A DNA stretch of 64,000 nucleotides, from positions 12,725-76,724 of the forward strand of contig RQOP01000036.1 in assembly GCA_008373095.1 (NCBI GenBank), given 5' to 3'. The DNA comes from SAR202 cluster bacterium (lineage in GTDB: Bacteria; Chloroflexota; Dehalococcoidia; Lucifugimonadales; UBA826). The position numbers were made by a program, and so were the translations under genes. Under the pieces are notes generated by a model. That model saw nothing but the letters and a program-made list of their open reading frames with translations. It did not search any database and was not told the DNA's origin. Each line of letters opens with the position of its first letter. Position 1 is the stretch's first letter. This document shows positions 36,727 through 46,552 of the stretch, in pieces.

Positions 36727-37968
36727 CTAGCTGGCAATTCCTGGGACAGGGAAACGACTAGTTAAAGACAAAACTTCTTCTTGCACTTCTTTCTCGACTT
36801 TGGAGTCCTCGATATTTTGCAGTACTTTTAAGATTAAAGTAGCTATAGCTTTAGCCTCTTGGATTTTCATACCTCTGGTTGTTATTGCTGGGGTCCCAAG
36901 TCTGATACCGCTCGCCTGCCTCGGAGGTTTTTCGTCGAAAGGTATGGCATTTCTATTTATTACAATGTTTGCTCTGCCCAGAGACTCTTCCGCTTGCTTG
37001 CCTGATAATCCCATCGGGGTAACGTCCACGAGGGCCATATGATTATCCGTGCCGCCTGAAACCAAACGTAATCCTCCTTCATGCAGTGTTCCGGCTAGCG
37101 CTTTTGCGTTATCAATCACCTGAGTTTGATATTGGATAAAACTATCGGATTCGGCCTCTCTAAAAGCGACGGCTTTAGCTGCGATAGTGTGTTCCAGTGG
37201 TCCGCCCTGCATATTAGGAAATACTGCGCTGTTCAATTTTTTTCCGAGTTCAGATTTACCTAAAATTATTCCGCCCCTCGGTCCTCTTAGCGTTTTGTGA
37301 GTGGTGGATGTCACGATGTCAGCACTCTCCACAGGTGATGGATGAACTCCAGCCGCCACCAGACCTGAAATATGAGCCATATCAACCATAAGTTTTGCGT
37401 TTACTAAGTCGCATATTTCTTGGAATGATTGGAAATCTATCGTTCTTGTGTAGGCTGATGCTCCAGCTACTATCAGTTTTGGTTTGTTTTCTTCAGCTAT
37501 TTTTTTTACTTCTCTGAAGTCGATGGTTTCGAGTTCACGATCTACTCCATATGTCACAAAATTGTAGAGTTTGGCCGAAAAATTCACTTGGCTTCCGTGG
37601 GTTAAATGACCGCCGTGGTCCAATCCCATACCCATTACGGTGTCTCCTGGTTGTAGTGACGCAAAATATGCAGCCATATTTGCCTGGGCACCGCTGTGTG
37701 GTTGTACATTTGCAAAGTCTGCATTAAAAAGGGATTTTGCTCTATCGATGGCAAGCTGTTCTACTATGTCAACGAATTCGCACCCTCCATAGTATCTTCG
37801 ACCTGGGTATCCTTCAGCATATTTATTGGTGAATACTGATCCTTGAGCTTCCAGTACTGCAGGGCTGGCGTAATTTTCAGAAGCTATTAGGTTTATATTA
37901 TCTTTTTGGCGTCTTTTTTCATTTTCTATTGCATCAGATATTTCAGAATCGATATACTGCAAATTCAT
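36727..37968 (-). CDS. glyA: Serine hydroxymethyltransferase
   Basis: 413-aa ORF. Motifs: [18 protein letters not shown] and the PLP-Lys segment [15 protein letters not shown]. Confidence 0.95.
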   Translation of the reverse strand: MNLQYIDSEISDAIENEKRRQKDNINLIASENYASPAVLEAQGSVFTNKYAEGYPGRRYYGGCEFVDIVEQLAIDRAKSLFNADFANVQPHSGAQANMAAYFASLQPGDTVMGMGLDHGGHLTHGSQVNFSAKLYNFVTYGVDRELETIDFREVKKIAEENKPKLIVAGASAYTRTIDFQSFQEICDLVNAKLMVDMAHISGLVAAGVHPSPVESADIVTSTTHKTLRGPRGGIILGKSELGKKLNSAVFPNMQGGPLEHTIAAKAVAFREAESDSFIQYQTQVIDNAKALAGTLHEGGLRLVSGGTDNHMALVDVTPMGLSGKQAEESLGRANIVINRNAIPFDEKPPRQASGIRLGTPAITTRGMKIQEAKAIATLILKVLQNIEDSKVEKEVQEEVLSLTSRFPVPGIAS

Positions 37969-38194
37969 TTGATATTCCTTTACAAGTCTTTAAAAACCTC
38001 TTCACTTAATATTAATCCATCAGGACTTCATGGTGGGTAAAATTAAACATATACAATTCAGTGCCTAAATAAAAACTCTTGGAGGAAGTTGTCTTGCCTA
38101 GCTACTATAGCTACTGTAGAGTATTTGAAGGTATTTATCATGCCTCTGGCATGTAAAAGCAAGTCGGAACAAAAGGAAATGGCGGCCTTTCAAA

Positions 38195-39250
38195 ATGGGC
38201 AAAGGTATTCTCGAAACTTATAAAAAATTCCTTCCCATTACCTCTGAAACCCCAATTTTCACCCTGGGTGAAGGGAACACTCCGTTAGTTGAATCGAGGA
38301 ATATTGCGAAGGAAGTCGGATGTAAGTCCTTGTTCTTTAAGCTAGAAGGATGTAACCCAACTGGTTCATTCAAGGATCGAGGAATGGTTGTAGCTGTTGC
38401 CAAGGCTGTTGAAAAAGGGATTACTTCAATAGCGTGTGCTTCCACAGGTAACACAAGTGCTTCTGCAGCTGCATATGGAGCCCATCTCGGTTTGAGGACT
38501 ACCTTGATCGTACCTAAAGGCAACGTAGCCAGAGGCAAGCTAACTCAGGCTGTGGCATATGGTGCCCATATAGCGCTAATTGACGGTAATTTCGACCGAG
38601 CTCTAGAAATCACCCGAGAGTTGTGTGAACGGCATCCTGTTGAATTGGTAAATTCACTAAATCCCAATCGGATCGAGGGTCAAAAGACTGCGTCTTTTGA
38701 AATCATTGGGGAACTGGGCAAAGCACCGGATCACCTTTTTATTCCAGTTGGTAATGCCGGTAACATCACCGCATATTGGAAAGGTTTTGTTGAAGCTCAT
38801 CAAGAGGGACTTTCCGACACTCTACCGGTGATGAACGGATATCAGGCATCTGGAGCCTCGCCAATAGTTGACGGACATGTCGTAGAAGAACCTCGCACTG
38901 TAGCTTCTGCCATACGTATCGGGAATCCTGCCAGTTGGGAATCGGCTTTAAAAGCCCAAAACGAGTCAAATGGTGTCATCGATAAAGTCGATGATGATGA
39001 GATACTAATGGCCTACCGTAGATTGGCTGCTGAGGAAGGTGTTTTTTGTGAACCTGCATCTGCGGCTTCCTTGGCAGGGTTACTTAAAAGAGTTAACGCT
39101 GGGGAATCTTTTAAAAATAAGGATGTTGTATGTGTAATTACAGGCAATGGTCTTAAGGATCCTGATATCGCTAATGGAATAGAACCGGTTTCTTTAGATG
39201 AATATGAGGCTAATGTAGACTCAGTGGAAGATGCGCTTTCATTGCCATGA
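38195..39250 (+). CDS. thrC: Threonine synthase
   Basis: 351-aa ORF. Motifs: PLP-Lys GCNPTGSFKDRG, ASTGNTSAS and GNAGN. Confidence 0.9.
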   Translation: MGKGILETYKKFLPITSETPIFTLGEGNTPLVESRNIAKEVGCKSLFFKLEGCNPTGSFKDRGMVVAVAKAVEKGITSIACASTGNTSASAAAYGAHLGLRTTLIVPKGNVARGKLTQAVAYGAHIALIDGNFDRALEITRELCERHPVELVNSLNPNRIEGQKTASFEIIGELGKAPDHLFIPVGNAGNITAYWKGFVEAHQEGLSDTLPVMNGYQASGASPIVDGHVVEEPRTVASAIRIGNPASWESALKAQNESNGVIDKVDDDEILMAYRRLAAEEGVFCEPASAASLAGLLKRVNAGESFKNKDVVCVITGNGLKDPDIANGIEPVSLDEYEANVDSVEDALSLP

Positions 39251-39840
39251 ATAAAGATCAGGTAAATGGCAGTTCCAAGGATGCATGTTTTGATTACTCC
39301 AAAATCAGTATGGCAGTTAGGGACATTTTGCAGTCGATAGGAGATGATCCGGATAGGGAGGGGCTCCGCAACACTCCTGATCGAGTAGCAGAGTTGTATC
39401 AGGATTTGTTTTCTGGGATGAGATGTGATCCAGCTGAGATATTAAGCGTATTTTTTGAAGAGAACCATACAGATCCTGTAGCTTTCACTGATATTTCATT
39501 CAATTCAATATGTGAACATCATCTTCTTCCTTTTTATGGCCATGCACATGTTGGCTACATTCCAAAGGGTAAGATAGTTGGTGCAAGTAAGGTCGCTCGA
39601 CTAGTAGATGGTTTATCTAAAAGACCTCAAATTCAGGAAAGGCTGACCACTCAAATTGCTGATGCAATCTATCGTTGCCTTGGTGCGACTTCTGTCTATG
39701 TGTTTGTCTCTGCTGAACATATGTGCATGACTTTGCGAGGAGTAAAGAAAACTGAAAGTAGAATAATCACTTCTGCTCAGAGAGGAGAAGCGAATGAAGT
39801 ACAGCAACTTATAAAAATTATAGATTTATCAAAATCATAA
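39247..39840 (+). CDS. folE: GTP cyclohydrolase I
   Basis: 197-aa ORF. Motifs: SICEHHLLPFYGHAHVGYIP, RPQIQERLT and HMCMTLRGV. Overlaps the thrC stop by 4 nt. Confidence 0.9.
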   Translation: MNKDQVNGSSKDACFDYSKISMAVRDILQSIGDDPDREGLRNTPDRVAELYQDLFSGMRCDPAEILSVFFEENHTDPVAFTDISFNSICEHHLLPFYGHAHVGYIPKGKIVGASKVARLVDGLSKRPQIQERLTTQIADAIYRCLGATSVYVFVSAEHMCMTLRGVKKTESRIITSAQRGEANEVQQLIKIIDLSKS

Positions 39841-39848
39841 GAGGCGAA

Positions 39849-40820
39849 ATGAGCTATTTTGAGAATAGTGATCAAGTTGAGTCAACCTGGTCAAAAATAA
39901 TGACTGAATGCTACGTGAACACAATATTTATTACTCCTCAATGGCAAGGCACTTGGTGGAATAGGTTCAAGAGTGACATTAAGCCTTCGATACAGGTTTT
40001 GACGTCGGGTGGCAATGCAATAGGTGTACTCCCATTGCTATTGGAGAATAAAGAGGCAACATTTATCGGAGATTCTGACGTCTACGATTATATGGATTTT
40101 CCAATTGTCCAAGGTTATGGGGAACAATTTTTTTCAATGGCATGGGATTACCTATCTGAGATGGGGTGGGATACGCTTCGCTTAGAATCTATACCTGAAA
40201 ATTCTCCTACTTTGGAATACCTACCAGAGGTGGCAAGAAACAATGGATTTAATGTTGAACTGCATAATTCGGATACTACCCCTTGTATGGATTTGCCCGG
40301 TTCTTGGGAAGACTATTTATCTGGGTTGAGAAAGAAGGATCGTCATGAATTGAGACGGAAACTGCGTCGGTTGGAATCCAATAGTGAATTTAAACAATAT
40401 GCTGTTGAAATTAAGGACGAATCAGTGAGAGAAGACATGGACGAATTTTTTCGTCTCATGGCTTTAAGTAGGGATGACAAAAGCGACTTTTTAACACAGG
40501 AAAACAAGGAGTTTTTCGTTGACCTGGCTTTAAATTTTTCGGAATCAGGAAAATATAAATTGTTTTTTATGGAGATAGATGGGGTTAGAGTCGCCAGCTG
40601 CATTTGCTTTGACTATGACGGAACATACTTGCTGTATAACAGTGGTTATGATCCGGAAAAATCTTCATTGAGCGTTGGACTGCTTAATAAGGCCCTAACA
40701 ATTCAAGAAGCTATATCACAAGACATTAAAGAATATAATTTTCTCAGAGGCACAGAGCGATACAAATATCATTTAGGAGCAAGTGACCGCGCGGTTTTTG
40801 ACTTAATAATAACTCGTTAA
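39849..40820 (+). CDS. GNAT-fold protein of the CelD/BioF2-like (Acetyltransf_6) type
   Basis: 323-aa ORF. The C-terminal segment LLYNSGYDPEKSSLSVGLLNKALTIQEAI...YNFLRGTERYKYHLGA resembles the CelD-like family signature (from memory). Confidence 0.65.
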   Translation: MSYFENSDQVESTWSKIMTECYVNTIFITPQWQGTWWNRFKSDIKPSIQVLTSGGNAIGVLPLLLENKEATFIGDSDVYDYMDFPIVQGYGEQFFSMAWDYLSEMGWDTLRLESIPENSPTLEYLPEVARNNGFNVELHNSDTTPCMDLPGSWEDYLSGLRKKDRHELRRKLRRLESNSEFKQYAVEIKDESVREDMDEFFRLMALSRDDKSDFLTQENKEFFVDLALNFSESGKYKLFFMEIDGVRVASCICFDYDGTYLLYNSGYDPEKSSLSVGLLNKALTIQEAISQDIKEYNFLRGTERYKYHLGASDRAVFDLIITR

Positions 40821-40832
40821 CGTGATGGGGCT

Positions 40833-42053
40833 ATGATAATAGGATTAGTGAGTTTTCATACTTGCCCAAAGGCTAATCTTGGTGAAAAAGATGCCGGCGG
40901 GATGAATGTATACCTTGATAATCTTGCGAGAAGCTTAGATTTGATGGGTCATACTGTTTATGTTTTTACGCGCAAACACGACTTTGAAGAATCGGTTGAA
41001 TTTAGCATTGGAACCAGATCAAAACTTGTACATATAAATGCCGGGAACCAGGAAGTTTTGAAAAAAGATCTGATTGATCTGATCTCTGAGTTTTCTAGTA
41101 ACGTTCAGACGTATATGGTCGATGAAGGTATCGAGTTAGAAATACTACATACCCATTATTGGCTTTCGGGCTTGATCGGAGATTTATTGTCGGAAACATG
41201 GGGGATTCCTCATGTAATTACATTCCACACCTTGGCAAAGACCAAATTGAGAGCGCTTGCAGATGGGGAAGAACATTTCTCGAGGACTGACTCTGAATAC
41301 AAGTTGATGGATAGTGTCGATGGGATTCTAGTTTTAACGCAAAAAGAAATTCAAGACATACGAGAATTGTATGGAGAATTTTCAAATAAAATTGCGGTCG
41401 TGCCCCCTGGCATAGATCTAAAAATGTTTTATGACTGTGGAATTTACACAGCAAGAAATGAATTAAATATACCTAGAGAAAGTAAGATGATTCTTTTCGT
41501 AGGTCGGATTGACCCTATTAAAGGGCTTGAGCTTTTAGTCCGAGCAGTGTCGTTGATAGCTTCAGAAAAAGATGTTTTGCTCTATATTGTTGGAGGTGGT
41601 GATGAAGGAGATAAATATTTAAGTTTCATCAAATCTTTAGTAGAAAAGACTGGGTTGGTGGAAAAGGTTATTTTTACAGGACCGATCGCCCACGACGAGC
41701 TAAGGACTTATTACAATGCTGCAGATGTATTTGTTCTTCCTTCGCATTACGAAAGTTTAGGCTTTGTGGCCATAGAAGCGATGGCGTGTGGCACCCCGGT
41801 AGTCGCCTCAAGGGTAGGTGGAATACCTTCAGTTGTCGACCATGGATCGACCGGGTATCTTATTCCTTGGCGCTGCCCAGAAGCCTTTGCTGGTCAGATC
41901 GAAGTCCTACTGAAAAATGAAGATTTAAGCGGTTTTATGTCTCAGCAAGCTCTAAAGAGGTCATATTCCCTAAGTTGGGATTCTACTGCAAAAACAGTAT
42001 CCCATTACTATGCTGAAATCATCTCCGATGTTGCAAACATTCAATTCGTTTAG
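40833..42053 (+). CDS. GT4 glycosyltransferase of the MshA (D-inositol-3-phosphate glycosyltransferase) family
   Basis: 406-aa ORF, collinear with actinobacterial MshA as I remember it. Shared segments: SFHTCP...DAGGMNVY, HTHYWLSGLIGDLL..WGIPHVITFHTLA, FVGRIDPIKG and ESLGFVAIEAMACGTPVVASRVGGIP. Confidence 0.8.
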   Translation: MIIGLVSFHTCPKANLGEKDAGGMNVYLDNLARSLDLMGHTVYVFTRKHDFEESVEFSIGTRSKLVHINAGNQEVLKKDLIDLISEFSSNVQTYMVDEGIELEILHTHYWLSGLIGDLLSETWGIPHVITFHTLAKTKLRALADGEEHFSRTDSEYKLMDSVDGILVLTQKEIQDIRELYGEFSNKIAVVPPGIDLKMFYDCGIYTARNELNIPRESKMILFVGRIDPIKGLELLVRAVSLIASEKDVLLYIVGGGDEGDKYLSFIKSLVEKTGLVEKVIFTGPIAHDELRTYYNAADVFVLPSHYESLGFVAIEAMACGTPVVASRVGGIPSVVDHGSTGYLIPWRCPEAFAGQIEVLLKNEDLSGFMSQQALKRSYSLSWDSTAKTVSHYYAEIISDVANIQFV

Positions 42054-42055
42054 CC

Positions 42056-42961
42056 TTATAGGTCTTTTTGGTACCAGTAGGTCTGGTCTACTTTTTTGAA
42101 TCCGATACTTTCATATAAATTGGTTGCAGGGATATTTTCAGAATCGACTTCAAGCTCTATGTTGGGGATATTTTGGGATATTAGATAGTGCATTCCAGCA
42201 AGTACAACAGCCCTTCCTAATCGCAACCCTCGGTATTTAGGGTGGACTCCAGTCATGGCGACCCAGCCTATGGCCGAGTCGTCACTTCGAGATTCCATTG
42301 TCCAGTTATACCCGGCTATTTCTCCATCTTTTTCTATAAATATTATTCCTTGTTCGCTAGTTCGTTCCATCTGTGTTCTGTATTCGATCTGTTTTATGTC
42401 GTTAGGCGAAAATCCCCAGTGAGTTCCAAAAGACTGATTTTGAAGCTCCATTAGTGTTTTTACATCTTTTTTATAATCAAAATGGCGTAAAGAATATCCT
42501 TGGGGTAGTACCAAATCTTCGATTTCTGGGTTTGTAAATCGTAGATTCCAGTATGTTTTTATTTTCGTCCAAGCATTGTTTTCAAAAATTTGCGGTGAGT
42601 TTTTATCGTATTGTGAGATTTGGAAATTGATTACTTTCGCTTTTATTTTGGAACCTTTTTCTACGGCAAGGTCAATAAATTTTTGTAGTACATCTCCAAA
42701 TTCTGGGCCGCGTTTGATAGTTTGAAGGCCAACCAACCTTCCTATGGGGGGTTCATCAATGAGTTGAAGGAATCCAATTATTTCATTTTCAGATAGAGCT
42801 ATGTAACAGTCATTTTCAGGGTTTGAAGGAGGTATATTGATGCTCTGACTAAAGAAAATTTGAGATAATTCCTTGGGTGAATTCAAAGACCCGTTAACTG
42901 AATTGATGAATTCTACGAGTTTTATTTGATAAGGGGCTGAAAAATTGATGATTCTAATCAT
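42056..42961 (-). CDS. Tandem-GNAT acetyltransferase, MshD (mycothiol synthase)-like architecture
   Basis: 301-aa ORF with two GNAT halves. The C-terminal half (GWVAMTGVHPKYRGLRLGRAVVLAG...LEVDSENIPATNLYESIGFKKV) resembles the MshD acetyl-CoA-binding domain. Confidence 0.55.
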   Translation of the reverse strand: MIRIINFSAPYQIKLVEFINSVNGSLNSPKELSQIFFSQSINIPPSNPENDCYIALSENEIIGFLQLIDEPPIGRLVGLQTIKRGPEFGDVLQKFIDLAVEKGSKIKAKVINFQISQYDKNSPQIFENNAWTKIKTYWNLRFTNPEIEDLVLPQGYSLRHFDYKKDVKTLMELQNQSFGTHWGFSPNDIKQIEYRTQMERTSEQGIIFIEKDGEIAGYNWTMESRSDDSAIGWVAMTGVHPKYRGLRLGRAVVLAGMHYLISQNIPNIELEVDSENIPATNLYESIGFKKVDQTYWYQKDL

Positions 42962-43036
42962 TTGATATTAAAAAATTGTTTGAACTGTGATTCTATCAGA
43001 GTAGCCAGAATTATTTCAGAAGTGTAGTTTAGAACT

Positions 43037-43765
43037 ATGATCGATATTTATGACATCCACAATCATCTTTTGCCAGGCGTTGATGACGGTCCCCAGGAGT
43101 TATCTGAAGCAATCAAAATATGCAAAATTGCCGAGAGTCAGAATACAAAAGCCGTGATTGTAACCCCTCATCGTAAAGATGTTAATGAGAATCTTTCAGT
43201 GCAGATAGTCAAAGACCTTGTTTTGGAAATAAATCAAACTCTGAAGGAAGATAAATCAGATATTGAAATCAAATTAGGAATGGAAAATCATATTGATTTG
43301 GCTTTGCTTAGAGACGTAGAGGAAGGGAAAGCACTAACATTAAATGATAGTGGATACATACTAGTTGAAATGCCATGGGAAGGACGCCCTCCATATATAG
43401 AAGATATTATTGCCAATTTGTTGAGTTATGGTCTCACTCCAGTGTTGGCACATCCTGAAAGGATGAATGTATTTGAAGAGGAACCAAAATTGTTATTTGA
43501 TTTCGTCCAAATGGGCTGCATATCACAACTGACGGCAAGCAGTTTATACGGCAAATTCGGTAATAATGCTTTGAATAATTCGATTGATATTATGAAGCAT
43601 GGATTAGCACATGTAATTGCCTCTGATACTCATATGGCTGCGGGACAAAGATGCTATGACATGGAACTAGGTTTCACTCATGCAAAACGCATAGTGGGAT
43701 TAGATATGGCTACGAGGATGTGCTCTATAAACCCTTTGGCCGTATTACAAAATCAGAGAATCTGA
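43037..43765 (+). CDS. PHP-family Mn-dependent protein-tyrosine phosphatase (CpsB/YwqE-like)
   Basis: 242-aa ORF. Motifs: N-terminal IYDIHNHLLPGVDDGP, TPH, AHPER and SDTH metal-ligand motifs. Confidence 0.8.
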   Translation: MIDIYDIHNHLLPGVDDGPQELSEAIKICKIAESQNTKAVIVTPHRKDVNENLSVQIVKDLVLEINQTLKEDKSDIEIKLGMENHIDLALLRDVEEGKALTLNDSGYILVEMPWEGRPPYIEDIIANLLSYGLTPVLAHPERMNVFEEEPKLLFDFVQMGCISQLTASSLYGKFGNNALNNSIDIMKHGLAHVIASDTHMAAGQRCYDMELGFTHAKRIVGLDMATRMCSINPLAVLQNQRI

Positions 43766-43766
43766 T

Positions 43767-44384
43767 TTATCGAATACTCTCCGAAACCTTTTGCCAAATT
43801 ATTTCTCTGATCTCTTCGGATGATTTTTGACCGTCTATGATATTCCACACTTCCGGATTTGATTTTGCGAGGCTCAAATAGCCTTTTCTTACTTGATTGT
43901 GGAATTCCATAGATTCTTTTTCAAACCTATCCTTAGGGTCTGATTTTTTCCTTTTAAAGGATATTTCGGGTTCTATGTCTAGCAAAAATACTAAATCTGG
44001 ATGTAATTGGGATGTGGTGATGGAATTAATCTCAGATATAACATTTAGATCCAATCCTTTAGCATGTCCTTGGTAGGCAATTGAGGAATATATATACCTG
44101 TCACATACGACCACTGAATTGGCATTAAGAGCTGGTAAAATTTCGTTTTGGATTAGTTCGGATCTTGCTGCAGAAAATAGAAATAGTTCAGATAATGGGT
44201 TTAGTTCTGTGCCTTGCAAAATGAGGTTTCTTATCTTTTCACCCGTATTTGTACTACCTGGTTCCCTAACCAGTAAATTAGATTTACCTTCCAAGGTGAG
44301 TCTTTCAGAAAGAAGAAGGGACTGGGTACTTTTCCCGCTTCCTTCGACCCCTTCAAGCACTATGAAAGTTTTCTTACTAGACAT
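43767..44384 (-). CDS. tmk: Thymidylate kinase
   Basis: 205-aa ORF. P-loop LEGVEGSGKSTQ, DRYIYSSIAYQG and a lid region. Confidence 0.9.
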   Translation of the reverse strand: MSSKKTFIVLEGVEGSGKSTQSLLLSERLTLEGKSNLLVREPGSTNTGEKIRNLILQGTELNPLSELFLFSAARSELIQNEILPALNANSVVVCDRYIYSSIAYQGHAKGLDLNVISEINSITTSQLHPDLVFLLDIEPEISFKRKKSDPKDRFEKESMEFHNQVRKGYLSLAKSNPEVWNIIDGQKSSEEIREIIWQKVSESIR

Positions 44385-45945
44385 CGACTTTATGTATCAA
44401 AACTGATCTATGAGGCTCTTTCCCTTCGCTGCTGGATTCAAGACCGTATTCATTAGCTATTTGATGTTGCAGTCTCCTGACGTAGGAATTCTGAGCCCTA
44501 AGAGTGATTTCTGATTCCCCATTAGATATTTTTTGAGCTGCTTGTTCAGCTTCTAATAAAGCTAATGATCTTTCTGATTCTGAACCCATATAGGATTGTT
44601 CATTTTTCGTAACAGCTCTTATAAATTGCTCAATTTGGTGGACTGTATTTTTTCGCAGTACAAATACCGGTTTACCCATTTTCTCGGCACTTTTCAAAGC
44701 TTGGGTTCCTCTGCGGTGGTAATTTTTGGTTGTTACCAGCATTTCTGCTTTTTTGATATCTCCTACCAGAGTTATTGGAGCATTTAGCGATCTGATTACT
44801 TGGTCAAACCTGCCTTTATTAACACCGTAAGGCATAATGGGAGTTAGTTTTGCTGGTTCAGTTGGCAATTGGTCACTACCATTTAACGTCTCAAAATTTG
44901 TCTCTTGTGAATCGGGGCTTCGATTTACTTCATTGGAATTAAATGAACTCATATGCTTTCTAATTGTGCCGTCGTCTTCTACCGATCTCACCTCTGAATT
45001 AACCGTCTGTTTTCTCAACATTCTATCGACAGTTGAGGCCACGTCTGAATGGACTGTTACTAGGTTCCAGCCTTGTATTTCAACTAGTTTTTCAAAAGTG
45101 GGAGGGGCATTTCTCTCTAAGACAGTTTTTTGGGTTCTTCTTCTTCTGGCCTCAATATCTCCCAGGGTAACTGTCTGGATACCCCCCACTAAATCGGATA
45201 ATGTAGGATTCATAATCAGGTTTTCAAGGGTGTTTCCGTGAGCTGTGGCGACCAACTGAACACCTCTTTCGGCGATTGTTCTAGCTGCATTTGCTTCTAG
45301 TTCGGTTCCGATTTCGTCTATGACGATTACTTCTGGCATATGGTTTTCCACAGCCTCGATCATTACATCGTGTTGTTTTGTGGGGGACGGAACTTGCATT
45401 CTTCGAGCTCTACCGATAGCTTTGTGGGGTATGTCTCCATCACCGGCTATTTCATTAGATGTATCTACTACGATCACTCGTTTCCCCGCGTCTTCTGCCA
45501 GTACTCTCGCTACCTCTCTCAGCATTGTTGTCTTTCCTACCCCTGGTTTTCCTAGTAGTAATACACTTTCCCCTGAAAGGATTAAGTCTTCTATGATTTT
45601 TATAGTGCCATAGACGGCCCTTCCAACTCTAAAGGTAATGCCAACTATTTTCCCAGCACGGTTTCTAATTGCGGAAATCCTATGAAGAGTTCGTTCGATA
45701 CCAGCCCTATTATCAGCTCCAAAAAGACCGATTCTGCTAGTAGCATACTCAAGGTCATCATTGGTAACCTCGTCAGTCTCCAGAAGTTTGTTTTCTCCTA
45801 GGAAACGGGCTTCAGGTTGTCTACCTAAATCTAAGACGACCTCCAATAATTCTCCTATATTTTTTTGGGATAGAAGAGGGGCCCGTAATCTTTCAGGGAT
45901 CACATCCACTAGAACATTGAGATCTATATCTGTTTCTTGGATCAC
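44377..45945 (-). CDS. AAA ATPase with C-terminal R3H nucleic-acid-binding domain (SpoIIIAA/Ycf45-like)
   Basis: 522-aa ORF. Walker A GKPGVGKTT, Walker B VIVIDEIG, and C-terminal R3H (YVRRLQHQIANEYGL). Overlaps the tmk start by 8 nt. Confidence 0.75.
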   Translation of the reverse strand: MIQETDIDLNVLVDVIPERLRAPLLSQKNIGELLEVVLDLGRQPEARFLGENKLLETDEVTNDDLEYATSRIGLFGADNRAGIERTLHRISAIRNRAGKIVGITFRVGRAVYGTIKIIEDLILSGESVLLLGKPGVGKTTMLREVARVLAEDAGKRVIVVDTSNEIAGDGDIPHKAIGRARRMQVPSPTKQHDVMIEAVENHMPEVIVIDEIGTELEANAARTIAERGVQLVATAHGNTLENLIMNPTLSDLVGGIQTVTLGDIEARRRRTQKTVLERNAPPTFEKLVEIQGWNLVTVHSDVASTVDRMLRKQTVNSEVRSVEDDGTIRKHMSSFNSNEVNRSPDSQETNFETLNGSDQLPTEPAKLTPIMPYGVNKGRFDQVIRSLNAPITLVGDIKKAEMLVTTKNYHRRGTQALKSAEKMGKPVFVLRKNTVHQIEQFIRAVTKNEQSYMGSESERSLALLEAEQAAQKISNGESEITLRAQNSYVRRLQHQIANEYGLESSSEGKEPHRSVLIHKVDV

Positions 45946-45968
45946 CGCTGTCGAGGTCCTCCCAAGCT

Positions 45969-46550
45969 TTATGGTGTTGAATGCGCTATATCTACGAACA
46001 TTGAGTGCATTCGTGAATCTGCTGTTAATTCAGGATGAAATGAAGTGGCAAGGAGTCGGTTCTGTTTCACAGCTACTGGTTTACCTTCACCCACCTCAGC
46101 TAGTATTTCTACCCCACTTCCAATCTGAGTTACAAGAGGTGCTCTTATGAAAATGGCGTGCATTGGAGGACCATCAATTCCATGGATATCTAAATCAGTT
46201 TCGAAACTGTCTATTTGTCTCCCAAAAGCGTTGCGACTGACCTCAATATCCATCAACCCCAGCGGGTTAGGTCTCTTGTCGTTAAGATTCTTCGCGATGA
46301 CTATCATCCCTGCACAAGTTCCCCAAACAGCAAGACCTTCATTCACTTTGTCCACAAGAGGTGTCCGCAGTTCATATATGTCAATCAATTGGACGATTGT
46401 TGTACTTTCACCGCCCGGTATGATCAAGCCGTCCAGATCGTCTAGGTGTTCTGGCAATCGGACTTCGCTTGACTCTATACCAATCGAATCAAGCATTTTC
46501 CTGTGTTCTAGAACGTCGCCTTGTATAGCCAAGACGCCTATTGATGCCAA
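45969..46550 (-). CDS. pdxT: Pyridoxal 5'-phosphate synthase glutaminase subunit
   Basis: 193-aa ORF. Motifs: IGVLAIQGDVLEH, catalytic Cys GTCAGMI and FHPEL. Confidence 0.9.
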   Translation of the reverse strand: MASIGVLAIQGDVLEHRKMLDSIGIESSEVRLPEHLDDLDGLIIPGGESTTIVQLIDIYELRTPLVDKVNEGLAVWGTCAGMIVIAKNLNDKRPNPLGLMDIEVSRNAFGRQIDSFETDLDIHGIDGPPMHAIFIRAPLVTQIGSGVEILAEVGEGKPVAVKQNRLLATSFHPELTADSRMHSMFVDIAHSTP

Positions 46551-46552
46551 CT

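Noticed and set aside
36704-36738. The hairpin ATTGCCAGTTA / TAGCTGGCAAT at the convergent junction of the 455-aa ORF and glyA, considered as an intrinsic terminator.
   Set aside because: The stem is real (10 Watson-Crick pairs plus one G-U, 13-nt loop), but its right arm lies inside the glyA coding end. No U-tract follows on either strand, so it is not a canonical terminator and I did not list it as a feature.
37969-38194. A ZTP (pfl) or THF riboswitch in the glyA 5' region.
   Set aside because: The minus-strand leader lacks the conserved ZTP elements (GGGUCGUGAC..., CCGCCUGGGCA-like) and is very AT-rich, with no recognisable pseudoknot partners.
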